Shown here: positions 29,103-38,315 of the stretch, piece by piece
How positions within the stretch are numbered: position 1 is the first letter of the stretch
Layout of the letters: each line of letters opens with the position of its first letter
Origin: Escherichia phage KIT06
Sequence record: OQ349392.1
DNA: 64,000 nt
Reading direction: 5' to 3' (one strand)
Position numbers and translations under genes: made by a program
The notes under the pieces: model-generated
Told to the model about the DNA's origin: nothing
What the model saw: the letters and a program-made list of their open reading frames with translations, nothing else
The model's database searches: none

Positions 29103-29113
29103 AGGAGAATCCA

Positions 29114-29566
29114 ATGGCATATTCTGGAAAATGGGTTCCTAAAAATATATCAAAATATAGAGGTGACCCTAAAAAAATTACGTATAGATCAAATTGGGAA
29201 AAATTCTTTTTTGAATGGTTAGATAAAAATCCAGAAATTATTGCATGGGGTAGTGAAACAGCAGTAATTCCTTATTTTTGTAATGCAGAAGGGAAAAAAC
29301 GTAGATACTTCATGGATATTTGGATGAAAGATTCTTCTGGACAAGAATTTTTTATTGAAATAAAACCTAAAAAAGAAACACAACCACCAGTTAAACCGGC
29401 ACATCTAACAACTGCAGCGAAGAAAAGATTTATGAATGAAATTTATACATATTCCGTTAATACCGACAAATGGAAAGCAGCACAATCTTTAGCTGAAAAG
29501 CGCGGAATAAAATTTAGAATTCTAACAGAAGATGGATTACGAGCTCTTGGCTTTAAGGGGGCATAA
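29114..29566 (+). CDS. 4: head completion protein gp4
   Basis: 150-aa ORF; SD ggagaa upstream; size and synteny match T4 gp4. Confidence 0.9.
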   Translation: MAYSGKWVPKNISKYRGDPKKITYRSNWEKFFFEWLDKNPEIIAWGSETAVIPYFCNAEGKKRRYFMDIWMKDSSGQEFFIEIKPKKETQPPVKPAHLTTAAKKRFMNEIYTYSVNTDKWKAAQSLAEKRGIKFRILTEDGLRALGFKGA

Positions 29567-30390
29567 TGGCTATTTTTCAAATAATTAATGAAAGCACTCC
29601 CCAAGTTCCAAAGGTTAAGCAATCATTAAACGAAAAGAAATGGATTCAGATAGGTCTTGAATACAGAAAGGCCAAAGCAAAAGGAATGACAGGAAAGCAA
29701 TTTGCTGAAGAAAGAGGAATTAAATATTCTACGTTTACTTCGGCAATGTCAAAATATGCTTCAGGAATTAAAACGGCTGAAAAGATTCAAAAGCTTGAAT
29801 CAAAACCAATGAATAAACTCAATAAGCAAGAAAGACAACTGCTTATGATAAATTCATTCAGACAAACGTTGCGTGATAAAATTCGTAATGAAGGTGCAGC
29901 AATTAATAATAAAACCAGAAAGTGGTTTGCTGAAACTATTAAGCAAGTAAAAGGACATAAAGTTGTTCGCCCGCAGCCGGGACGAATATATGCTTTTGCT
30001 TACGATGCTAAACACAAAGAAACTCTTCCTTATTGGGATAAATTTCCTTTGATAATTTACCTCGGTTTAGGTAAACATAATTTAATGTACGGATTGAACT
30101 TGCACTATATTCCACCTAAAGCTCGTCAGCAATTTCTAGAAGAGCTTTTAAAGCAATATTCAAATACACCTACTATTACTAATAAAACGAAATTAAAAAT
30201 TGATTGGAGCCAAGTGAAAGGATTTAGGGGTGCAGACCAAATGATTAAGGCATATATACCTGGTAATATTATGGGTAGCCTTGTTGAAATCGCCCCGAAA
30301 GACTGGGCGAACGTTGTGTTGATGCCACTTCAGCAGTTCGTTTCAAAAGGAAAACGTTTCTCTGCAAACAAAGTCTGGTCAAATATCTAA
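29566..30390 (+). CDS. 2: DNA end protector protein gp2
   Basis: 274-aa ORF; ATGA overlap with gene 4; size and synteny match T4 gp2. Confidence 0.9.
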   Translation: MAIFQIINESTPQVPKVKQSLNEKKWIQIGLEYRKAKAKGMTGKQFAEERGIKYSTFTSAMSKYASGIKTAEKIQKLESKPMNKLNKQERQLLMINSFRQTLRDKIRNEGAAINNKTRKWFAETIKQVKGHKVVRPQPGRIYAFAYDAKHKETLPYWDKFPLIIYLGLGKHNLMYGLNLHYIPPKARQQFLEELLKQYSNTPTITNKTKLKIDWSQVKGFRGADQMIKAYIPGNIMGSLVEIAPKDWANVVLMPLQQFVSKGKRFSANKVWSNI

Positions 30391-30496
30391 TTCTATTATC
30401 TTCCATTCTTTTCTATTGTTTGTTCTAATTGGAATTGAATGGAAGGGACTTAGACCCATTATACCACCAACACTTATAAAGCATTATGAGGAATAT

Positions 30497-31027
30497 ATGT
30501 CGCAAGCACTACAACAAATTTTTAACCAAGCAAATACAACTAACTTTGTAGTATCAATACCACATAGTAATACTACATCTGCTTTTACTTTAAATGCTCA
30601 GTCAGTTCCTATTCCGGGAATTAGGATACCTGTTACTGATACCGTGACTGGGCCGTTTGGACTAGGCCGTGCACAGCGTCCAGGAGTTACATTTGAGTAC
30701 GACCCACTCATTGTGAGATTTATAGTTGATGAAGAGCTTAAGTCATGGATAGGAATGTATGAATGGATGCTAGGAACTAGTAACTATCTTACAGGCGAAA
30801 ATACTGCCCAAAAAACAGGTCCTGAATACATTACGCTTTACATTTTAGATAACAGTAAAACTGAAATCGTGATGTCAATAAATTTTTATAAGCCTTGGGT
30901 TTCTGACCTGTCTGAAGTAGAATTTAGCTACACGGAAGATTCAGACCCAGCTTTAGTATGTACAGCAACGATTCCTTATACGTATTTTCAAGTAGAAAAA
31001 GATGGTAAAATTATAGCAGAAGTTTAA
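30497..31027 (+). CDS. 3: tail completion / sheath stabiliser gp3
   Basis: Track ORF 30416..31027 begins at TTG; first ATG at 30497 (MSQALQQIFNQANTTNFVV...) gives 176 aa, the T4 gp3 length. Confidence 0.88.
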   Translation: MSQALQQIFNQANTTNFVVSIPHSNTTSAFTLNAQSVPIPGIRIPVTDTVTGPFGLGRAQRPGVTFEYDPLIVRFIVDEELKSWIGMYEWMLGTSNYLTGENTAQKTGPEYITLYILDNSKTEIVMSINFYKPWVSDLSEVEFSYTEDSDPALVCTATIPYTYFQVEKDGKIIAEV

Positions 31028-31051
31028 TGCTTCAGTTTTGTGTGTTATAAT
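31028..31051 (+). promoter_or_regulatory. candidate MotA-dependent middle promoter for gene 1
   Basis: MotA-box-like aTGCTTCA at 31028-31034 followed 11 nt later by TATAAT at 31046-31051, upstream of the gene 1 ATG (31077). Confidence 0.5.
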
Positions 31052-31076
31052 CTTAACTAAATTTGAGGAGAAACAT

Positions 31077-31789
31077 ATGAAACTAATCTTTTTAAGTGGT
31101 GTAAAGCGTAGTGGAAAAGATACTACTGCAGATTTTATCATGAATAATTATTCTGCAGTTAAATATCAACTTGCTGGTCCTATTAAGGATGCATTGGCTT
31201 ATGCATGGGGCGTATTTGCAGCAAACACTGACTATCCTTGTTTAACTCGTAAAGAGTTTGAAGGAATTGACTATGATCGCGAGACTAATTTAAATCTGAC
31301 TAAATTAGAAGTAATTACGATTATGGAACAAGCATTTTGCTATCTTAATAGTAAAAGCCCAATTAAAGGTGTGTTTGTTTTTGATGACGCAGTTAATTTC
31401 GTAGCATTTAACAAGATTGCTGACGTTATAAATAATATTGAAGATCAATGGTCAGTCCGTCGTCTGATGCAAGCCCTAGGTACGGATTTGATTGTTAATA
31501 ACTTCGACCGCATGTATTGGGTAAAATTATTTGCTTTAGATTATCTTGATAAATTTAACTCAGGTTATGATTATTATATCGTTCCTGATACTCGTCAAGA
31601 TCATGAAATGGATGCGGCTAGGGCGATGGGTGCTACAGTAATTCATGTAGTTCGTCCTGGTCAAAAATCCAATGATACTCATATTACAGAAGCTGGATTG
31701 CCAATTCGTGATGGTGATTTAGTAATTACAAACGATGGTTCTCTTGAAGAACTTTTTTCTAAAATTAAAAATACACTAAAGGTACTATA

Positions 31790-31790
<1 letters not shown>
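31077..31790 (+). CDS. 1: deoxynucleoside monophosphate kinase
   Basis: Track ORF 31038..31790; ATG at 31077 preceded by GAGGAG; P-loop at the N-terminus (MKLIFLSGVKRSGKDT). Confidence 0.9.
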
Positions 31791-32487
<697 letters not shown>

Positions 32488-32498
32488 TTTCACAAAGT

Positions 32499-32530
32499 TG
32501 TTTACACGCTGATGAGGTAGTGATACTATT
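32499..32530 (+). promoter_or_regulatory. early promoter plus stem-loop module (PeSL-like) upstream of ipI
   Basis: GTTTAC -35 at 32499-32504, gtGATACTAT -10 region, inverted repeat gatgag/ctcatc around the -10. Confidence 0.6.
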
Positions 32531-32559
32531 ATCTCATCAAAATTAATTAGGAAAATAAA

Positions 32560-32847
32560 ATGAAAACTTTCAAAGAATTTACTTCTACAACTATCCCGGT
32601 TTCTACTATTACTGAAGCTACTCTTACTTCTGAAGTTATTAAAGCAAATAAAGGACGAGAAGGTAAACCAATGATTAGTTTGGTTGATGGCGAAGAAATC
32701 AAAGGTACTGTTTACCTAGGTGATGGGTGGTCTGCTAAAAAGGATGGTGCTACAATCATTATCTCTCCTGCTGAAGAAACTGCGTTGTTTAAAGCTAAAC
32801 ACATTTCTGCGGCACATCTCAAGATTATTGCTAAAAATCTTTTGTAA
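32560..32847 (+). CDS. ipI: internal protein I precursor (capsid-targeted; mature IPI* would be 76 aa)
   Basis: 95-aa ORF with capsid targeting sequence MKTFKEFTSTTIPVSTITE followed by ATLTSEVIKANKGREGKPMISLVDGEEIKG... Confidence 0.9.
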   Translation: MKTFKEFTSTTIPVSTITEATLTSEVIKANKGREGKPMISLVDGEEIKGTVYLGDGWSAKKDGATIIISPAEETALFKAKHISAAHLKIIAKNLL

Positions 32848-32865
32848 TAAATATTTCACAAAGTT

Positions 32866-32897
32866 GTTTACATAGGGTTTTAGTTGTGATACTATTA
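32866..32897 (+). promoter_or_regulatory. early promoter plus stem-loop module (PeSL-like)
   Basis: GTTTAC at 32866-32871; gtGATACTAT -10 region; inverted repeat tagggt/accctat. Confidence 0.6.
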
Positions 32898-32923
32898 CCC
32901 TATCAACTACTGAGGAGAATAAA

Positions 32924-33196
32924 ATGAAAACATTTAAAGAATTTATCAATGAAGCTACTTTTAACGAAAAAGTAAAAATTAGCAAAGCTGTCAAGACTAT
33001 GATTGATAACATCAATTACCTATATGGTATTGATTTAACTGACTATGTAACAGTTGGTAACAAACGTAACTATTTCGTGTTTGACATCTCTGAACTTGAC
33101 CAGAATCAAATTAACAACATTGAGCGTTTTGCTAATGATAAGGGTCTTCGTCATGAGTCAGCGGGTTATAAAAAATACGCAATTTATTTAAAATGA
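32924..33196 (+). CDS. internal-protein-like capsid-targeted protein (ip cassette 2)
   Basis: 90-aa ORF starting MKTFKEFINEA (CTS-like), own promoter module, unrelated body sequence. Confidence 0.7.
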   Translation: MKTFKEFINEATFNEKVKISKAVKTMIDNINYLYGIDLTDYVTVGNKRNYFVFDISELDQNQINNIERFANDKGLRHESAGYKKYAIYLK

Positions 33197-33228
33197 GTTT
33201 ACTTTTAAATAGGGTTGTGGTACTATTA
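33197..33228 (+). promoter_or_regulatory. early promoter plus stem-loop module (PeSL-like)
   Basis: GTTTAC at 33197-33202; gtGGTACTAT -10 region; imperfect inverted repeat. Confidence 0.55.
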
Positions 33229-33256
33229 CCTTATCAAAATTAATTAGGAAAATAAA

Positions 33257-33565
33257 ATGAAAACTTACCAAGAATTTATCAATGAAGCGGCTGCACCAAA
33301 GACATTCATTATTTATACTCAAGCGGGTCTTGATGATGAGTATGCGGAAGCAATTCTGAGGTCACTTGCTAAGAACGGCGTTGAAGTAATCGCCTCGGAC
33401 TTTAAGAAAGGGGCTTCCGAGCTGTTTATTTCTATAACTAAAGGATCTAAAGCTAAAATCAAATCATCATTCGGAGTTGCTCGTACCGATCAAATCGACA
33501 ATCATGACTTTAAACAAACTGGTGCTAAACGGCAGAACACAATTGCATCACGCGGAATAAAATAG
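33257..33565 (+). CDS. internal-protein-like capsid-targeted protein (ip cassette 3)
   Basis: 102-aa ORF starting MKTYQEFINEAAAPK (CTS-like). Confidence 0.7.
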   Translation: MKTYQEFINEAAAPKTFIIYTQAGLDDEYAEAILRSLAKNGVEVIASDFKKGASELFISITKGSKAKIKSSFGVARTDQIDNHDFKQTGAKRQNTIASRGIK

Positions 33566-33575
33566 TTTATAAACC

Positions 33576-33607
33576 GTTTACTTTTAGATAGGGTAGTGAT
33601 ATTATTA
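33576..33607 (+). promoter_or_regulatory. early promoter plus stem-loop module (PeSL-like)
   Basis: GTTTAC at 33576-33581; gtGATATTAT -10 region; inverted repeat tagggta/taccctat. Confidence 0.55.
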
Positions 33608-33633
33608 CCCTATCAACTACTGAGGAGAATAAA

Positions 33634-33857
33634 ATGAAAACTTATCAAAAATTTATCGCTGAAGCTAAAAGACATGAAGATGAACTACCAATTGTTACGA
33701 AAACTTTTGATGGTACATTAAGTGATTTTAAAAAATTCCTAGCGATAAACTTTCTAAGTTAACTGGCTCTATTAGTGAAAAGGATGGTAAAGTCACGTTT
33801 TCTGCTCGTGGCACTGCTAATCTTAAAAAGCTTTTGAAAGCTGCTGGAGCGGAATAA
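33634..33857 (+). pseudogene. internal-protein-like cassette 4, frame broken in an A6 run
   Basis: ATG 33634 gives MKTYQKFIAEAKRHEDELPIVTKTFDGTLSDFKKFLAINFLS then stop at 33760; the -1 frame continues from the A-run (33730-33735) as IPSDKLSKLTGSISEKDGKVTFSARGTANLKKLLKAAGAE to 33857. Confidence 0.55.
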
Positions 33858-33860
33858 GTT

Positions 33861-33892
33861 GTTTACTTCTGGGTAGTAGTGTGATACTATTA
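33861..33892 (+). promoter_or_regulatory. early promoter plus stem-loop module (PeSL-like)
   Basis: GTTTAC at 33861-33866; gtGATACTAT; inverted repeat gggtag/taccc. Confidence 0.55.
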
Positions 33893-33918
33893 CCCTATCA
33901 ACTACTGAGGAGAATAAA

Positions 33919-34104
33919 ATGAAACGTTGTGAATTAATTCGAAATGTTGCTATTGCAATTTCTGCTTCCGCTTTTAGTTTTTCAATGTTTGTTGGATTTA
34001 TATGCGGATTATTGACTACAGCAGAAAATGTTTTTTCACTTGTAGTAGCATTTTTAATTGGTTTAATCGCTATTGTTATGGATAAAATTTCTAAAGGTGA
34101 ATAA
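33919..34104 (+). CDS. small two-helix membrane protein
   Basis: 61-aa ORF, two hydrophobic segments, SD gaggagaa upstream. Confidence 0.55.
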   Translation: MKRCELIRNVAIAISASAFSFSMFVGFICGLLTTAENVFSLVVAFLIGLIAIVMDKISKGE

Positions 34105-34509
34105 ATGAATATTAACGAATATTATGTTTATGCTGGGGATTATGCAAATCCTTCTCATTTTGAAGGTAATTTAATACCTGATAGAGTTTTTAATACTCCT
34201 TTTGAAGCGTGGAGTTGGGTTGAAAGTAAAAATGGATTTTCTTATCGTTATGTTGAAGTAACTGATTGGAAAGGAACTAAATATCCTAAAGAGCATTATT
34301 ATGTAGACCCATCTAAAGTAAATTTTCTTTTGTTCGCAGGCGATAATTACTATCCTTGCGGTGGATATGATGATTTGATTGCGTATGCTGAAACAGAAGA
34401 TGAATTACGCCAAATTATTGAAGACAATAAATCAAAACGATTTGGTGATAGTTTTGACTGGTGGCAAATCGTAAATGCCCATACACATACTATTGTTGAT
34501 AAAGGTTAA
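34105..34509 (+). CDS. hypothetical protein
   Basis: 134-aa ORF tightly packed after the previous stop; Tyr/Trp-rich; no family recognised. Confidence 0.6.
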   Translation: MNINEYYVYAGDYANPSHFEGNLIPDRVFNTPFEAWSWVESKNGFSYRYVEVTDWKGTKYPKEHYYVDPSKVNFLLFAGDNYYPCGGYDDLIAYAETEDELRQIIEDNKSKRFGDSFDWWQIVNAHTHTIVDKG

Positions 34510-34511
34510 TA

Positions 34512-34802
34512 ATGATTCTTTATGCGAAAGTATCATCCATTGAAAATGGATATAAATATGATCAAGATGCGGCTAAAGCCTTGATTGATGATTATGGCAT
34601 TTTAACATGTTTTGAAGTTGAAAAGGTTTACATTGACCGTTCATCTTCTCAAGTTAAATTAGTGAAGGAAGACCGTAAATTTAATACAGTAAATTTTGAT
34701 TTCTTTATTGAAACAGAAAAAGGTCCTCTTGAATATGATATTTTCAAGAATCCTTTGGGTCTTGAATGTATTAAATATACTTACATTAATGCAGCGTGGT
34801 GA
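34512..34802 (+). CDS. hypothetical protein
   Basis: 96-aa ORF, tight packing. Confidence 0.55.
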   Translation: MILYAKVSSIENGYKYDQDAAKALIDDYGILTCFEVEKVYIDRSSSQVKLVKEDRKFNTVNFDFFIETEKGPLEYDIFKNPLGLECIKYTYINAAW

Positions 34803-34804
34803 AA

Positions 34805-35320
34805 ATGAATATTTGTTTGGGTACTACAATTCCGCAGGGTTACGTAATTGATGTCACTACCTGGGAAAATGATGGTGACAACTATAAAACCAAAACACTG
34901 TTTGGCGTAGAAGAGCATGAAATCTTACAATTCCAATATCTTTTAAAGAAGTTTAAAAGCCGACATTCTAGTACTAAAATTGAGCACTATTGTGGTAATG
35001 CTTCGTTCAGTGAGCAATCGCTTTTTATCTATGAATACTTGGTTGAAGGACTGTTCTCAGACCAACTTTATCCAGAATTCATTAAAAAGGTCTTTGATAT
35101 AGAAGTTGACCTTGGTAATAAATCTGAAGAAGATGAAGAACGTGTATTTGACTTATTCTTTGTGAATGGTAATAAAGTGCTTGAAGGACTTATTAATATT
35201 TTAGGTAATGCTTCTGAGTATTATGATTATGATTTTTTGCGTGTAGTTGAGAGTGTTAAATACTCTTATATAGAAGAAGAAATTGTTTTGCCGACCGTTA
35301 AAATGTTTAATTTGCTTTAA
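34805..35320 (+). CDS. hypothetical protein
   Basis: Track ORF 34796..35320 (GTG); first ATG at 34805; about 171 aa. Confidence 0.55.
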   Translation: MNICLGTTIPQGYVIDVTTWENDGDNYKTKTLFGVEEHEILQFQYLLKKFKSRHSSTKIEHYCGNASFSEQSLFIYEYLVEGLFSDQLYPEFIKKVFDIEVDLGNKSEEDEERVFDLFFVNGNKVLEGLINILGNASEYYDYDFLRVVESVKYSYIEEEIVLPTVKMFNLL

Positions 35321-35406
35321 GAATTATTTGTTATTATTAACTCATATCGCATTGATTAATACCCTCTATCATCAAGGGTTCTTTCCTGAGAGCCTTTGTT
35401 AATAAT

Positions 35407-35479
35407 TGGGAATTAGCCAAGTTGGTAAGGCATAGCACTTTGACTGCTAGATGCAAAGGTTCGAGTCCTTTATTCCCAG
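35407..35479 (+). tRNA. tRNA-Gln (anticodon UUG)
   Basis: Cloverleaf folded by hand: acceptor tgggaat/attccca, anticodon loop ctTTGac, T-arm aaagg-ttcgagt-ccttt. Confidence 0.85.
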
Positions 35480-35480
35480 C

Positions 35481-35567
35481 GCGAGAATGGTCAAATTGGT
35501 AAAGGCACAGCACTTAAAATGCTGCGGAATGATTTCCTTGTGGGTTCGAGTCCCACTTCTCGCACCA
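35481..35567 (+). tRNA. tRNA-Leu (anticodon UAA), type II, CCA encoded
   Basis: Acceptor gcgagaa/ttctcgc, anticodon loop ctTAAaa, long variable arm. Confidence 0.85.
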
Positions 35568-35572
35568 AATTT

Positions 35573-35647
<75 letters not shown>

Positions 35648-35657
35648 ATTTAATTTA

Positions 35658-35731
35658 CTCCGTGTAGCTCAGTTTGGTAGAGCGTCTGCTTTGGGAGCAG
35701 AATGTCGCAGGTTCAAATCCTGCCGCGGAGA
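35658..35731 (+). tRNA. tRNA-Pro (anticodon UGG)
   Basis: Acceptor ctccgtg/cgcggag, anticodon loop ttTGGga, T-loop ttcaaat. Confidence 0.8.
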
Positions 35732-35733
35732 CT

Positions 35734-35823
35734 GGAGGCGTGGCAGAGTGGTTTAATGCACCGGTCTTGAAAACCGGCAGTCGCTCCGGCGACTCATAGG
35801 TTCAAATCCTATCGCCTCCGCCA
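35734..35823 (+). tRNA. tRNA-Ser (anticodon UGA), type II
   Basis: Acceptor ggaggcg/cgcctcc, anticodon loop ctTGAaa, long variable arm. Confidence 0.85.
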
Positions 35824-35828
35824 GTTTT

Positions 35829-35904
35829 GCTGATTTAGCTCAGTAGGTAGAGCAACTCACTTGTAATGAGAAGGTCGGCGGTTCGATTCCGTCAATCAGC
35901 ACCA
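35829..35904 (+). tRNA. tRNA-Thr (anticodon UGU)
   Basis: Acceptor gctgatt/aatcagc, anticodon loop ctTGTaa. Confidence 0.85.
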
Positions 35905-35905
35905 A

Positions 35906-35980
35906 GGCCCTGTAGCTGGAAGGTTCAAGCAAGCGACTCATAATCGCCAGATGGTGGTTCAATTCCACCCAGGGCCACCA
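35906..35980 (+). tRNA. tRNA with anticodon CAU (Ile by lysidine modification as in T4, or Met)
   Basis: Acceptor ggccctg/cagggcc, anticodon loop ctCATaa. Confidence 0.8.
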
Positions 35981-35989
35981 AATTAATTT

Positions 35990-36076
35990 GGGGAGTTATC
36001 CCGTAGAGGTAGCGGTGTGGACTGTAAATCCATTGTCATTGCGACTCGGGTGGTTCGACTCCATCACTCCCCACCA
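35990..36076 (+). tRNA. tRNA-Tyr (anticodon GUA), type II
   Basis: Acceptor ggggagt/actcccc, anticodon stem gtgga/tccat, loop ctGTAaa, long variable arm, T-loop ttcgact. Confidence 0.7.
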
Positions 36077-36080
36077 ATTT

Positions 36081-36155
36081 GGATGTGTAGCTCAATGGCA
36101 GAGCGATCGCCTGTTAAGCGATTGGTTATAGGTTCGAATCCTATCACGTCCGCCA
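36081..36155 (+). tRNA. tRNA-Asn (anticodon GUU)
   Basis: Acceptor ggatgtg/cacgtcc, anticodon stem atcgc/gcgat, loop ctGTTaa, T-loop ttcgaat. Confidence 0.75.
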
Positions 36156-36159
36156 AATC

Positions 36160-36235
36160 CGAGGCATAGCTCAGAAGGAAGAGCAAGGACCTTCTAAGTC
36201 CTAGGTCGTAGGTTCGATCCCTATTGCCTCGACCA
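36160..36235 (+). tRNA. tRNA-Arg (anticodon UCU)
   Basis: Acceptor cgaggca/tgcctcg, anticodon stem aggac/gtcct, loop ctTCTaa. Confidence 0.85.
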
Positions 36236-36251
36236 ATTAAGTGAGGAAAAT

Positions 36252-36602
36252 ATGAAAGGTAATGTTTATTTAGTAGTTCATGGTTTAACATTCTATTTTA
36301 ATCACAATGACACTGTTATTTCTGAACGTGTAATTAATTTACTTTATCAGCATGCAGATTATGTTTATGTCGAAAACGAATACGGTCATTGGCAATTTCT
36401 CAAAAATCGTTCATTTGGTTTAGATGGTTACGAATACTTTGAACGTAAAGACCTTTTAGATAAAATTCCATTATCTACACAATATCAAAATCACAAGTCT
36501 TTATATAAATGCCGTCCAATTCGAAATGCTGAATCTGCGTATGAAGTAATTGATTTATGGCGTAAACGTCGTGGACAGGTTGATGCTTTAAAAGAATATT
36601 AA
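36252..36602 (+). CDS. hypothetical protein between tRNA-Arg and the structured RNA region
   Basis: 116-aa ORF with SD gtgaggaaaat upstream of the ATG. Confidence 0.6.
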   Translation: MKGNVYLVVHGLTFYFNHNDTVISERVINLLYQHADYVYVENEYGHWQFLKNRSFGLDGYEYFERKDLLDKIPLSTQYQNHKSLYKCRPIRNAESAYEVIDLWRKRRGQVDALKEY

Positions 36603-36913
36603 GAAACCGGGTCGCTACCGGTAAGTCGTCGGACTGATGTTCCCTGGGTAAGGACTGGCATTAACAAATCTTTACGATCTGTTAATGTCCCCTTACATCA
36701 CAGCAGAAACGGCGCACCGAATTATCGATTCGAGGAAATATCTTTGCCGTAAGCCGAGTAGCGTTTTTGACGGAACGTTCGGATATGGTCGAGATATGGC
36801 CTTTTAAAAATATTGAGTAGCGTCAACTACTCAATAACCGGGTTCGAATCCCGGCGTTTCGTACAAACACTTGCCTTAGCAGGTGGAACCCCGACAAGGT
36901 TGCCGCAAGGCTT
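36603..36913 (+). ncRNA. structured non-coding RNA region, candidate T4 species 1/2-like stable RNAs, with a tRNA-like T-arm
   Basis: About 310 nt without an ORF, GC-richer than surroundings, multiple hairpins, tRNA-like element ttgagtag-cgtcaa-ctactcaa followed by ccggg-ttcgaat-cccgg; ends at a strong terminator. Confidence 0.4.
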
Positions 36914-36941
36914 AGCCCCGACCGAAAGGTCGGGGCTTTTT
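36914..36941 (+). terminator. rho-independent terminator closing the tRNA/stable-RNA transcription unit
   Basis: agccccgacc-gaaa-ggtcggggct stem-loop followed by ttttt. Confidence 0.85.
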
Positions 36942-37074
36942 GGCATCTAGGCCTTTCTGGACCTCTCTAGGCATCATTTAGTTTCTACCCTTTATAATAT
37001 ATTATCCTACATTTTAATTGCCCCTCCCTGCCCTAGAATTCCCTAAAACTTTTTAAAAAATTTTTCACAAAACT

Positions 37075-37106
37075 GTTTACATCCCCGTTCTTCCATGGTA
37101 CTATAC
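37075..37106 (+). promoter_or_regulatory. early promoter (GTTTAC ... tGGTACTATac)
   Basis: GTTTAC at 37075-37080 and gGTACTATAC at 37097-37106, upstream of ORF 37149. Confidence 0.55.
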
Positions 37107-37148
37107 AACTATCAACTACTGATACAGAAAAACAACTTGGAGAATGAA

Positions 37149-37412
37149 ATGGATAATTACGGCGAACTGTTCAACTTCTTTATGAAATGCGTTTCAGAAG
37201 ATTTCGGTCGTACAGTGAATGATATTAAAGTCATCGGTCCTGACCATCCGATGTTTGAAACTTACGCAGTAATGGGTAATGAAGACGGTCAGTGGTATAC
37301 TGTAAAAGTTGTGATTAATATGTTCACTGCTGAAGGTTATGTTAAACTGTCTTCTAAAGTTTACCACGATAACGATGAAATCGCAGAAGAATATTTCAAT
37401 AATATGAAATAA
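37149..37412 (+). CDS. hypothetical protein (e.8-position)
   Basis: Track ORF 37095..37412; ATG at 37149 preceded by ggagaa; 87 aa. Confidence 0.55.
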   Translation: MDNYGELFNFFMKCVSEDFGRTVNDIKVIGPDHPMFETYAVMGNEDGQWYTVKVVINMFTAEGYVKLSSKVYHDNDEIAEEYFNNMK

Positions 37413-37480
37413 GTGTGTACAAACACCAAGGACGGTGTTATTATAGATTTATCAAAACAATCACAGAAGCGGAGAAATAA

Positions 37481-37657
37481 ATGACTATTTTAACTATTTG
37501 GTTTGACGAAAATGAAGAAACATACTGTGTGAACATTGATGAAAGTCCAATGCCTGACTTTGAATCTTCAGATAAAAACTCGGTTGTATCTTGGGCTGAA
37601 GGTTATAAAGCAGCAAAAGGCGATGTTGAAATAGTTTACAAACTATCCGGAGTATAA
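37481..37657 (+). CDS. hypothetical small protein (58 aa), not in the ORF track
   Basis: Translated by hand: ATG 37481 with SD agcggagaaataa; MTILTIWFDENEETYCVNIDESPMPDF...; stop TAA. Confidence 0.45.
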   Translation: MTILTIWFDENEETYCVNIDESPMPDFESSDKNSVVSWAEGYKAAKGDVEIVYKLSGV

Positions 37658-37700
37658 TACTCTCATGGATTTTAAATCTTAATTAACCTAAGGAAATACT

Positions 37701-38294
37701 ATGAACACACTGAAGAAAATTGTTGATTTTATTCGCACTAAACTTGGTTCTGCAATGGCTAAAAATCTATCTGTTGAAGAACAGTATACTGCTGCAGCAG
37801 CAAAACTGCTTGATAAAATTAAAGACCTAAAAACTGCTTCTGTTAAATCTATTAATGAAGAAAAACGTATTCGTGAACTTATTGTTGAAAAGAATAAACA
37901 GGCTGAATCAAAAGAGCGTGAAATTCGCAAGCTTCTTTCCGAAGGTCAAGATGTAACAATGCATGCTAAACTCGGTTTACTATATCGCCGAACAGCTGAG
38001 CAGTTGACTACTAAAGCTGACGGTTATGCTGAAATGCGAATTGAAATCGCCAAGAAAGTAGTTGAGTTAGATGATGCTCGCCAAGAACTTGCGGTTAAAT
38101 TGGAATATATCCGTGAAACTCGTGCGGCAAATGCCCTTGGAATTAGTACTGCCGATGATGTAGTTGAAATTGCAGCACTGACTAAGGTTGATATTGAAGA
38201 TACCCTTGCTCGAGTTGAAACCTTTAATGGTAATATTTCCGGGGTTGAAACTACCTCTGCCGATGTTCAGGAATACATTAATTCTCTGAAATAA
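37701..38294 (+). CDS. coiled-coil protein, possibly PspA/IM30-like
   Basis: 197-aa ORF, SD aaggaaa upstream; long heptad-rich helical sequence with loose resemblance to PspA. Confidence 0.5.
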   Translation: MNTLKKIVDFIRTKLGSAMAKNLSVEEQYTAAAAKLLDKIKDLKTASVKSINEEKRIRELIVEKNKQAESKEREIRKLLSEGQDVTMHAKLGLLYRRTAEQLTTKADGYAEMRIEIAKKVVELDDARQELAVKLEYIRETRAANALGISTADDVVEIAALTKVDIEDTLARVETFNGNISGVETTSADVQEYINSLK

Positions 38295-38299
38295 TGATA

Positions 38300-38315
38300 A
38301 GGGGCTTCGGCCCCT
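38300..38315 (+). terminator. hairpin after ORF 37701..38294
   Basis: aggggc-ttcg-gcccct stem-loop immediately after the stop codon. Confidence 0.5.

Noticed and set aside
35321-35406. Possible promoter for the tRNA array in the gap upstream of tRNA-Gln
   Set aside because: No convincing GTTTAC/TATAAT or TATAAATA motif; only weak inverted repeats, so not annotated
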